From the NCBI GenBank assembly GCA_963660075.1, contig CAVKWN010000003.1, positions 4,517 to 68,516 on the forward strand: a stretch of 64,000 nucleotides of DNA, written 5' to 3'. This document shows positions 56,747 through 64,000 of this stretch, in pieces. The notes beneath the pieces are model-generated. The model saw only the letters and a list, made by a program, of their open reading frames with translations, made no database searches and had not been told where the DNA came from. The translations under genes and the position numbers were made by a program. This DNA is from Lachnospiraceae bacterium (GTDB taxonomy: Bacteria; Bacteroidota; Bacteroidia; Bacteroidales; Bacteroidaceae). Position 1 is the stretch's first letter. The number at the start of each line of letters is the position of its first letter.

Positions 56747-56773
56747 TAAATAGAATGAAGCGGGACTTTTGTT
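56736..56773 (+). terminator. Intrinsic terminator in the phe/tyr leader (candidate attenuator terminator)
   Basis: GTCCCGCTTCAT / ATGAAGCGGGAC, a 12-bp stem with a 7-nt loop, followed by TTTTGTT. It lies 55 nt upstream of the pheA ATG. Confidence 0.75.
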
Positions 56774-56827
56774 AAGAGTCAAGGATAAAAAAACGAGTAA
56801 AGTAAAAGACACAGAATAGAAAACAAG

Positions 56828-57658
56828 ATGAAGAGAATAGCGATACAAGGCATGCTGGGGTCGTTTCACGACATAGCCGCACACGAATACTTCAAGGGCG
56901 AGCAAATACAGTTGATTTGCTGCGACTCTTTTGAGCAAGTGTTCGATAGTGTAAAGCATGATCCAACCGTCATCTGCATGTCGGCCATCGAGAACACCAT
57001 AGCCGGCTCACTGCTCCACAACTATGAACTTCTGCGTGACAGCGACACAACCATCGTAGGCGAACACAAACTGCACATCACGCATTGCATCTGCTGCTTG
57101 CCAGAGGACGACTGGAACACGATACATGAGGTTCATTCCCATCCAGTCGCGCTTATGCAATGTCGCGACTATCTCTTCAAACATGAAGAACTGAAAGTGG
57201 TTGAGGATGAAGACACGGCAGGAAGCGCCAAGTACATACACGAGAACCATTGTCAGGGTTGGGCCGCCATCTGCCATGCCGACGCCGCGAAAATGTACGG
57301 GTTGAAAGTGCTCGACAACCACATCGAAGACAACAAGCACAACTTCACGCGTTTCCTCATTGCCACCGACCCACGTAAGGCCGACTTTCTTAGACCACTT
57401 AACGACGTGAACAAGTCGAGCATGGTTTTCACGCTTCCACACGCGGAAGGCTCTTTGTCCAAAATACTTACCATTCTCAGTTTCTACGACATCAACCTCA
57501 CCAAGATACAGTCGCTCCCCGTCATTGGGCACGAATGGGAATACATGTTCTACGTTGACGTGACATTCGCAGACCTCATACGATACCGACAGTCGATAGA
57601 TGCCATCACGCCACTCGTGAAATCAATAAAAATTCTCGGAGAATATAAAGAAGCATAA
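56828..57658 (+). CDS. pheA: Prephenate dehydratase
   Basis: 276 aa. PDT domain (TRFLI motif) plus a C-terminal ACT domain (SMVFTLPHAEGSL..., IQSLP). Confidence 0.88.
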   Translation: MKRIAIQGMLGSFHDIAAHEYFKGEQIQLICCDSFEQVFDSVKHDPTVICMSAIENTIAGSLLHNYELLRDSDTTIVGEHKLHITHCICCLPEDDWNTIHEVHSHPVALMQCRDYLFKHEELKVVEDEDTAGSAKYIHENHCQGWAAICHADAAKMYGLKVLDNHIEDNKHNFTRFLIATDPRKADFLRPLNDVNKSSMVFTLPHAEGSLSKILTILSFYDINLTKIQSLPVIGHEWEYMFYVDVTFADLIRYRQSIDAITPLVKSIKILGEYKEA

Positions 57659-57661
57659 GAT

Positions 57662-58828
57662 ATGAAACCAGCATCAAGAGTAGACAGCATTCAGGAATAC
57701 TACTTCAGCCGCAAGCTGAAGGAAGTGGCAAAGCTCAACGCGGAGGGCAAGGACATCATCTCGCTCGCCATCGGCTCACCAGACATGCCACCATCGAAAC
57801 AAACCATCGACAAGCTTTGCGCCGTTGCCCAAGAGCCAAACGCGCATGGCTACCAGCCAACGAGCGGACTGCCCGAACTGCGCACGGCAATGGCAGGATT
57901 CTACAAGCGCACCTACGGTGTGGAACTGGATGCAAAGACCGAGTTGCAGCCCATCATTGGCTCAAAGGAAGGCATCATGTATGTGACATTGGCTTTCTGC
58001 AACCCCGGCGACAAGGTTCTCATACCGAACCCTGGCTATCCTACCTACACAGCCGTGAACAAGTTGTTTGGCACACAAATCATAAACTACGACTTATGCG
58101 AGGACAATGGTTGGCAACCAGACTTTGAGCAATTGGAAAAGATGGATCTCACAGGCGTGAAGGTCATGTGGGCCAACTACCCCAACATGCCCACCGGTGG
58201 CAACGCGCGTCGCGAAACGTTCGAACGTCTCGTAGCGTTTGCCAAGGAACATGACATTCTGGTAGTCAACGACAATCCATACTCGCTCATCCTCAACGAC
58301 CACCCAATGAGCATCATGCAGGTGCCCGGGGCTAAAGATTACTGCATAGAGTTCAACTCCATGTCTAAAAGCCACAACATGCCAGGATGGCGAGTGGCAA
58401 TGATTGTGGGCAACAAGGACTACATTTCATGGATGTTCAAGATCCAGAGCAACATAGAGAACGGCACGTTCCGTGGAATACAACTCGCCGCTGCAGAGGC
58501 GTTCAATACAAACTCCAGCGAGTGGTATCGCGAAAACAACATAGAAAACTACCGCCGCCGCCGTACCATTGCCGAGGAGATAATGAAAGTCCTTGGCTGT
58601 ACGTTCGACCCAAAGCAGGTGGGGATGTTCTTGTGGGGAAAAATACCAGACCACTATGCCAACGTTGAAGACCTGACAGAGGCGGTGCTCCACAAGGCTC
58701 GCGTATTCATCACGCCAGGCTTCATCTTTGGCAGCAAAGGCGAACGCTACATCCGCATAAGCCTCTGCGCAAAAGACGACAAAATAAAAGAAGCCTTGGA
58801 AAGAATAAAAGAAGCAAGTCTTGGATAA
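57662..58828 (+). CDS. PLP-dependent aminotransferase, class I/II (aromatic/prephenate aminotransferase by context)
   Basis: NPGYPTY, the NDNPYS motif, and the PLP-lysine region SMSKSHNMPGWR. Confidence 0.85.
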   Translation: MKPASRVDSIQEYYFSRKLKEVAKLNAEGKDIISLAIGSPDMPPSKQTIDKLCAVAQEPNAHGYQPTSGLPELRTAMAGFYKRTYGVELDAKTELQPIIGSKEGIMYVTLAFCNPGDKVLIPNPGYPTYTAVNKLFGTQIINYDLCEDNGWQPDFEQLEKMDLTGVKVMWANYPNMPTGGNARRETFERLVAFAKEHDILVVNDNPYSLILNDHPMSIMQVPGAKDYCIEFNSMSKSHNMPGWRVAMIVGNKDYISWMFKIQSNIENGTFRGIQLAAAEAFNTNSSEWYRENNIENYRRRRTIAEEIMKVLGCTFDPKQVGMFLWGKIPDHYANVEDLTEAVLHKARVFITPGFIFGSKGERYIRISLCAKDDKIKEALERIKEASLG

Positions 58829-58879
58829 CAGGTAGAACACATTATTTATAAGACATCAAATAATATAAAAACATAAGTT

Positions 58880-59950
58880 ATGGAATTGGAACTTGAACCC
58901 CTTAACCTGCCGTCAGACAATGGCGGAGAACGTCCATTAGTAATCGCTGGCCCATGCTCGGCCGAGACTGAGGAACAAGTGATGACAACTGCTCGCAACC
59001 TGGCTGACAAAGGATGCCACATGTTTCGCGCAGGTATTTGGAAGCCTCGCACAAAACCCGGAGGCTTTGAGGGCAATGGAGAGAAAGCACTGCCTTGGAT
59101 GCAGGAGGTGAAGAAAGAGACCGGCATGCTCACCGCCACAGAGGTAGCCACTCCGGAACATGTGGAATTGGCCCGCAAATATGGCGTCGACATCCTGTGG
59201 GTAGGAGCACGCACCAGTGCCAATCCATTTGCCATGCAAGAACTAGCAGACAGCTTGAAAGGTTTCGAGGGTGCCGTACTGGTAAAGAACCCTGTCAACC
59301 CAGACCTTGAACTGTGGATAGGCGCAATGCAACGCATCAATCAGGCAGGAATCAAGAGGCTTGGAGCCATCCACCGTGGCTTCTCAAGCTACGACAAGAA
59401 GATTTACCGCAATCTCCCTATGTGGCAGATTCCAATCGAGCTGCATCGCCGCATACCCAACTTGCCCATAATCTGCGACCCAAGCCATATCGGCGGACGT
59501 CGCGACCTCATAGCGCCACTTTCCCAACAGGCAATGGACTTAGGCTTTGACGGTCTCATAGTGGAAAGTCACTGCGATCCTGACAAGGCGTGGAGTGATG
59601 CTAAACAGCAAGTGACACCAGATATCCTTGACTACATTTTGAGTTTACTCGTGGTAAGAAGTGAGCATACAACGACCGAGGGCATACGCCAACTTCGCTC
59701 ACAGATTGACGAGGTAGATAACATGCTGATGGATCTCTTGGCAAAACGTTTCCGCGTTTGCAGGGAGATAGGCACATTCAAGAAAGAGCACAACATGACA
59801 GTGCTGCAGGCGAATCGCTATGGGGAAATCCTTGACAAGCGTGGCGCCCAGGCGTCACTGTGTGGCATGTCGCCAGAGTTTGCCGGCAAGATGTTTGAGC
59901 TTATCCACGAGGAGAGCGTGCGCCAGCAATTGCAAGTTGTCAACGAATAA
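58880..59950 (+). CDS. Bifunctional 3-deoxy-7-phosphoheptulonate synthase (type I-beta) / chorismate mutase
   Basis: N-terminal KDO8PS-like DAHPS core (GPCSAE, ICDPSH) and a C-terminal AroQ chorismate mutase segment (LRSQIDEVDNMLMDLLAKRFRVCREIG). Confidence 0.85.
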   Translation: MELELEPLNLPSDNGGERPLVIAGPCSAETEEQVMTTARNLADKGCHMFRAGIWKPRTKPGGFEGNGEKALPWMQEVKKETGMLTATEVATPEHVELARKYGVDILWVGARTSANPFAMQELADSLKGFEGAVLVKNPVNPDLELWIGAMQRINQAGIKRLGAIHRGFSSYDKKIYRNLPMWQIPIELHRRIPNLPIICDPSHIGGRRDLIAPLSQQAMDLGFDGLIVESHCDPDKAWSDAKQQVTPDILDYILSLLVVRSEHTTTEGIRQLRSQIDEVDNMLMDLLAKRFRVCREIGTFKKEHNMTVLQANRYGEILDKRGAQASLCGMSPEFAGKMFELIHEESVRQQLQVVNE

Positions 59951-59974
59951 TTATTGTCAAGACTCAAAGACACA

Positions 59975-60754
59975 ATGAGAATATTGATAATTGGAGCCGG
60001 CAAAATGGGCTCTTTCTTTATTGACCTCCTTAGTTTTGACCATGAGGTAGCAGTAATGGAGCGCGATCCTAAGCGTATGCGCTTCACTTACAACTGCCAA
60101 CGCTTCACGACGATGGAAGAGGTTAAGGCTTTCGAGCCGGAGATGGTCATAAATGCCGTTACAGTAAAGTTCACCCTTTCGGCATTTGATGAGGTAATGC
60201 CATATCTTCCAAAAGACTGCATCATCTCAGACATCTCGTCTGTCAAGACTGGCCTGAAAGATTATTACGAGAAGTCGGGGCATCGTTATGTGTCCACTCA
60301 TCCGATGTTCGGGCCTACATTCGCCAACCTCAACCAATTGTCAGAAGAAAACGCCATCATAATAAACGAGGGCGACTACATGGGTCGTATCTTCTTCAAG
60401 GATCTATATCAAAGGCTGGGATTACACATCTATGAGTACAGCTTTGATGAGCATGACCGCACAGTGGCGTATTCACTAAGCATCCCCTTTGTCTCCACGT
60501 TTGTTTTCGCTGCCGTCATGAAACATCAGGACGCGCCGGGAACGACATTCAAGCGCCACATGAAGATCGCACGGGGCGTGCTATCGGAAGACGATTATTT
60601 GCTTCAAGAGATTCTGTTCAACCCCTACACCCATGACCAGGTGTCACAAATACGCATGGAGCTGAAAGAACTGCTGCAAATCATCGACAATAAGGATTCG
60701 GTGAAGATGAAAGATTACCTTACCAAGATAAGGAGCCACGTGGCAAACGAATGA
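59975..60754 (+). CDS. tyrA: Prephenate dehydrogenase
   Basis: MRILIIGAGKMGSFF Rossmann start at ATG 59975 (the track uses an upstream TTG). HPMFGP motif. Confidence 0.85.
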   Translation: MRILIIGAGKMGSFFIDLLSFDHEVAVMERDPKRMRFTYNCQRFTTMEEVKAFEPEMVINAVTVKFTLSAFDEVMPYLPKDCIISDISSVKTGLKDYYEKSGHRYVSTHPMFGPTFANLNQLSEENAIIINEGDYMGRIFFKDLYQRLGLHIYEYSFDEHDRTVAYSLSIPFVSTFVFAAVMKHQDAPGTTFKRHMKIARGVLSEDDYLLQEILFNPYTHDQVSQIRMELKELLQIIDNKDSVKMKDYLTKIRSHVANE

Positions 60755-60778
60755 CCACGTGATTTCACAACGAGTTCA

Positions 60779-60850
60779 TGCTTACTTTCACCGCTCAACG
60801 GCTTACAACAGCCTACGGCGGTAAAGGTAAGCATTTATTAATTCTTTTGG
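60779..60850 (+). terminator. Terminator of the aromatic amino acid operon
   Basis: TGCTTACTTTCACCGC / GCGGTAAAGGTAAGCA: 16-position stem with one mismatch and one G-U, 23-nt loop, followed by TTTATTAATTCTTTT. Confidence 0.5.
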
Positions 60851-60880
60851 TCTTAGCGATAATATTTCAATTATTATCCC

Positions 60881-60888
60881 TAACTTTG
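60881..60888 (+). promoter_or_regulatory. -7 promoter box TAACTTTG for the BASS-type transporter gene
   Basis: Exact TAnnTTTG about 43 nt upstream of ATG 60932. Confidence 0.45.
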
Positions 60889-60931
60889 CAATAGCTTATA
60901 CGCTTATCGCAAAGACAAGCTCATAAATTTT

Positions 60932-61903
60932 ATGCGCATGAAACTATTGGAATTTTTGAAAGACTGGACACTGCTTGTCGCACTTGCGATAGGCTCCATA
61001 ATATATTTGCTGTTTTCAGAGATAACATTCTTGCAACCAATAGGCGACTTCGTTGGTCCTAAGTTGGTTTCATTGATGCCAGTATTGATATTCGTGCTTC
61101 TCTATTTCACGTTTTGCAAGATAGACATGCACAACTTCAAGCCGCGCAAATGGCATTTCGCACTACAAGCCGTACGCACTACCCTTTCCGCCCTTATAGT
61201 TCTCGTCATTGTCAACCTTACGTCACCCGACGTAAAGATAGTTTGGGAAGGAATATTTGTCATTGTCATATGTCCAACAGCCGCCGCGGCTGCCGTTGTT
61301 ACCGAAAAGCTCGGAGGAAGCATCGCCACGATGACGGTATACACTATCATTGCCAACTGTTTCACCGTAGTCATTATTCCTCTATTCTTTCCAATGGTCG
61401 AGCGTGCAGCAAACTTGTCGTTCATAATGGCATTTCTCATGGTACTCGACAAGGTGATAAAAGTATTAATCCTGCCTCTTATTCTTGGTTTGCTAACCCA
61501 ACGCTACCTTCCGAAGGTCACGGCATTCATCAAAAGCATACCAAACGCTCCTTATTATATATGGTCGTTCAACCTTAGCATCATCATGGGGTTGTCGGTG
61601 CAGACCATTCTGCATTCGCCACTTTCCGGCAAGGTGTTATTCCTTTTGATTTTCCTTCCGCTCATAGTCTGCCTTATTCTCTTTAGCATAGGCAAAAGCG
61701 TTGCGGGCATTTGGGGCTACGAAGCGCGCATTGAGGGCGGCCAAGCCCTTGGACAAAAAAACAACATCGTTGGCATTTGGCTGCTGCTTCATTTCTTGAA
61801 TCCGGTTTGTGTCATTGCGCCATGTGCCTACGTATTGTGGCAAAACATCATTAACGCCGTGCAACTTTGGTATAACGAGAAACACGGCTATCTGAAATGG
61901 TAA
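60932..61903 (+). CDS. Bile acid:sodium symporter (BASS) family-like transporter
   Basis: 323 aa with about 9-10 TM helices. The family call rests on size and topology only. Confidence 0.5.
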   Translation: MRMKLLEFLKDWTLLVALAIGSIIYLLFSEITFLQPIGDFVGPKLVSLMPVLIFVLLYFTFCKIDMHNFKPRKWHFALQAVRTTLSALIVLVIVNLTSPDVKIVWEGIFVIVICPTAAAAAVVTEKLGGSIATMTVYTIIANCFTVVIIPLFFPMVERAANLSFIMAFLMVLDKVIKVLILPLILGLLTQRYLPKVTAFIKSIPNAPYYIWSFNLSIIMGLSVQTILHSPLSGKVLFLLIFLPLIVCLILFSIGKSVAGIWGYEARIEGGQALGQKNNIVGIWLLLHFLNPVCVIAPCAYVLWQNIINAVQLWYNEKHGYLKW

Positions 61904-61910
61904 GTCGAAC

Positions 61911-64000
61911 TTGAGACATGTCACTTTCATAATATGCGTATTGCTATCACTTCTCACTGGTTGCACGAGAAGTGACACCAAAATCGTAGACCATCTCAAC
62001 GAGAAGGCTTACGACTACCACTACCGCGACCTCGACTCCGTGCGTGCTTACGCCGACAAGGCCATGAAGCTTTCCGGCAACTACACGGCAGGACGCGCCG
62101 AGGCTCTCAACAACTTGGCCTTTGTGGAAACGGCTGCCATGCGATATAAGCAGGCAAAATCATACCTTGACGAGATCGCGCAAATAACAGACAATCAGAT
62201 AGAGCTGCTGATAGCAAACGTACAGCAAATGAAACTGTGCCAAAAGCAGTCGCACAACAAGGACTTTTACGTTTACAGCGAGCAAGCCAACAAACAACTT
62301 TCGCGCATTAAAGACGAGGAATTCGTGCTCAATGACCACGAGAAGCAAAGATTGGCTTATGCCTCGTCAGAATATCATATCGTTGCCTCTGCATATTATT
62401 ATTATCTCGGCCTTGAGAAACAATCTATTACTCAGCTGGAAAGCATCGACCCTTATGGGAGCATACAACGCGACACGGCACAACTTCTAAATTATTGGTA
62501 CAACATTGGTGCCGGAGGCATTCTTACTGATAAGGACCAGCAACAGAGAACGCGCAAGGAAATGGGATACCTTGCCACGTGCTATAAGCTTGCAATACAA
62601 CACGGTTATCCTTACTGGGAAGCGCAAGCACTGCAATCGATAAGTGAGCATCTACAAGACTCATCCACAAGACGCGAAATAATCAACGACAATTTTCCAA
62701 TAATCATTGCCGTGAACACTGACATGATGCCAGATTCCCTCATAGCCGGCAACCTTGCGCAACGTGCACTGAATATCTTCAAGCTATATGGCGACGTTTA
62801 CCAGACGGCTGGCGCTTGGAGAACGCTCGGTGAGTGCTTCTGGAATATCAACGACAATCGTTCGGCACTTATCTGCTTGGAACACGCGCTGAAAGATTCA
62901 AAGGAAGTGGAAATGGCACCAGACCTCATCGCGTCAATACGCGAAGACTTGTGTCTTGTATACTCGGCGGTCAACGATAAGCGCAACAGCGACTTAAACC
63001 GCAACATATACCTTGACTTGCAAGAACAAACAAGACAAGACAGGCAGTTGGAGGCAAGGGCAACACAACTCGATGACGCCGTGCAGGGACTGAATTTCTT
63101 GATAGTCATCGTCATACTGATGATAGTGTTGGTTGTGGTCTTGCTCGTTATCTTTACACGTATGCGCCGACATAGCGACGAGGCCTTCTCCATTTCCAAA
63201 CTCCTTATGCCCCTAAGCAAATGGAAAAGTAATAATGAGCGCGAAATAGAGATCAGACATGAGCAGTTTGACGAGATAAAAGAAGCCACAGACGTGGCTA
63301 ACCTTCATTTGACGCAAAACCGCAAGCGTAATCTTGAGCAACGCGCCAAGGTGCAACTCATTTGCAGCATTCTGCCGTTGATAGACAGAATGGTCAACGA
63401 GATAAAACGCATAAGACAAGCACAGACCAGCAAGGACAACGGTGATACGAACCTCAAGACGCAAGAAGCCAACGACAAGAGGTTAAGGTATGTGGAAGAA
63501 ATCACCGACAGCATAACTGAATATAACTCCATCCTCACAAAATGGATTCAGATGCGGCAAGGCGAGTTGAGTTTGCGAATAGAGAATTTCCGCTTGCAGC
63601 AAGTGTTCGACATGGTAAGCCACAGCGCAATGGGCTTTACGCTCGGAGGCATCCATCTCATTGTGAAGCCTACCGATGCCGTGCTAAAGGCAGACCCGAC
63701 CCTTACTTTGTTCATGGTCAACACCATTGCCGACAACGCAAGGAAATTCACGCCGAAAGACGGGACTGTGACAATAGAGTCGAGAACCGTAACCGACAGT
63801 CAAGATGGCAATCAGCAATACGTGGAGATATCAGTTTCCGACACGGGAAAAGGAATGACAGAGGAGGTGCTTTCGCACGTCTTCGACCGCACCTATACAG
63901 GCGGCCATGGCTTCGGACTGAAAAACTGCAAAGGGATAATAGAGAAATACAAAAAGACGAGTTCGATATTCAAGTCATGCATGATTGCCGCGGAAAGCAC
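61911..64000 (+). CDS. Sensor histidine-kinase-like lipoprotein (HATPase_c domain), 3'-truncated by the window edge
   Basis: Not in the ORF track because it has no stop in the window. My translation in the frame of 61911: (TTG)RHVTFIICVLLSLLTGC lipobox, a long helical/TPR-like sensor region, one TM helix (LNFLIVIVILMIVLVVVLLVIF, about 63090-63160), then N-box FMVNTIADNARKF and G-boxes DTGKGM and GGHGFGLKNC. Confidence 0.7.
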   Translation, partial: MRHVTFIICVLLSLLTGCTRSDTKIVDHLNEKAYDYHYRDLDSVRAYADKAMKLSGNYTAGRAEALNNLAFVETAAMRYKQAKSYLDEIAQITDNQIELLIANVQQMKLCQKQSHNKDFYVYSEQANKQLSRIKDEEFVLNDHEKQRLAYASSEYHIVASAYYYYLGLEKQSITQLESIDPYGSIQRDTAQLLNYWYNIGAGGILTDKDQQQRTRKEMGYLATCYKLAIQHGYPYWEAQALQSISEHLQDSSTRREIINDNFPIIIAVNTDMMPDSLIAGNLAQRALNIFKLYGDVYQTAGAWRTLGECFWNINDNRSALICLEHALKDSKEVEMAPDLIASIREDLCLVYSAVNDKRNSDLNRNIYLDLQEQTRQDRQLEARATQLDDAVQGLNFLIVIVILMIVLVVVLLVIFTRMRRHSDEAFSISKLLMPLSKWKSNNEREIEIRHEQFDEIKEATDVANLHLTQNRKRNLEQRAKVQLICSILPLIDRMVNEIKRIRQAQTSKDNGDTNLKTQEANDKRLRYVEEITDSITEYNSILTKWIQMRQGELSLRIENFRLQQVFDMVSHSAMGFTLGGIHLIVKPTDAVLKADPTLTLFMVNTIADNARKFTPKDGTVTIESRTVTDSQDGNQQYVEISVSDTGKGMTEEVLSHVFDRTYTGGHGFGLKNCKGIIEKYKKTSSIFKSCMIAAES

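Noticed and set aside
47583-60754. GC-rich block considered as a horizontally acquired island
   Set aside because: Hand counts of single 60-nt windows gave:
- about 55-67% GC here (33/60 at 49441, 40/60 at 51601, 33/60 at 52201, 33/60 at 57001);
- about 38-43% in other genes (26/60 at 1, 23/60 at 28401, 24/60 at 33001).

However, core genes elsewhere are equally GC-rich (34/60 at 8401 in leuB), and the block consists of core metabolism with native-style promoters. It is more likely gene-specific codon bias. Proper sliding-window GC and codon statistics would be needed to settle this.
1-64000. Scan for tRNA/rRNA, transposases, integrases, restriction-modification, toxin-antitoxin or other defence modules
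   Set aside because: I found no T-loop-like GGTTCGAATCC-type motifs, no rRNA-like sequence, and no ORF with recombinase, nuclease-NTPase or cas-like hallmarks. The patatin-like and DEDD-exonuclease genes sit in housekeeping contexts without partner genes. A by-eye scan can miss small RNAs.

Overview
This 64-kb window reads like core chromosome of a Bacteroidales bacterium, probably Prevotella/Segatella-like. That guess rests on gene content, gene order and promoter style, not on any search. It holds about 58 densely packed protein genes, mostly housekeeping or central metabolism.

Gene order, left to right:
- trpB-like fragment
- RluA-type pseudouridine synthase + FtsX-type permease + ABC ATPase + lipoprotein operon
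- rsmE; bifunctional nuclease; nucleoside permease; orphan ECF-type sigma factor
- leuA-leuC-leuD-cimA(like)-leuB operon
- dnaB; ispE + hemolysin-III-like gene; three small secreted or unknown genes
- a 1-kb gene-poor stretch with hairpin repeats
- NhaC-type transporter; GH28; maeB; TetR; RlmI-like methyltransferase; DEDD exonuclease; an unknown gene
- LacI + a second NhaC-type transporter
- BamA/TamA-like outer-membrane protein (OMP) + Gfo/Idh/MocA oxidoreductase
- pgm; pgk; DUF5103-like gene; pyk; rpsA; MaoC
- a four-gene inositol-lipid-type cluster (PgpA-like, GtrA-like, CDP-alcohol phosphatidyltransferase, PAP2/IPC-synthase-like)
- DUF5686-like OMP; LuxR-type response regulator; GH97; Xaa-Pro aminopeptidase; patatin-like lipase; small OMP
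- pheA-aminotransferase-DAHPS/chorismate mutase-tyrA operon
- BASS-type transporter; start of a sensor kinase

I saw no rRNA, tRNA, CRISPR array, transposase, integrase or recognisable defence island. All calls are made by eye from motifs and remembered family features.

An exact TAnnTTTG (the Bacteroidetes -7 promoter box) sits at a sensible distance upstream of 26 transcription units. It helped correct several start codons that the ORF track over-extends.

Most interesting signals:
- Two hand-found candidates for ribosome-dependent attenuators. One is a Phe/Tyr-rich leader peptide before the aromatic operon; the other is an Ile/Leu/Val-rich leader before the leu/cimA operon. In each, a copy or near-copy of the terminator 3' arm lies inside the leader ORF.
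- A dispersed hairpin repeat family at two loci.
- An inositol-lipid cluster with no myo-inositol-phosphate synthase nearby.

I did not find a convincing wholly new multi-gene system in this window.
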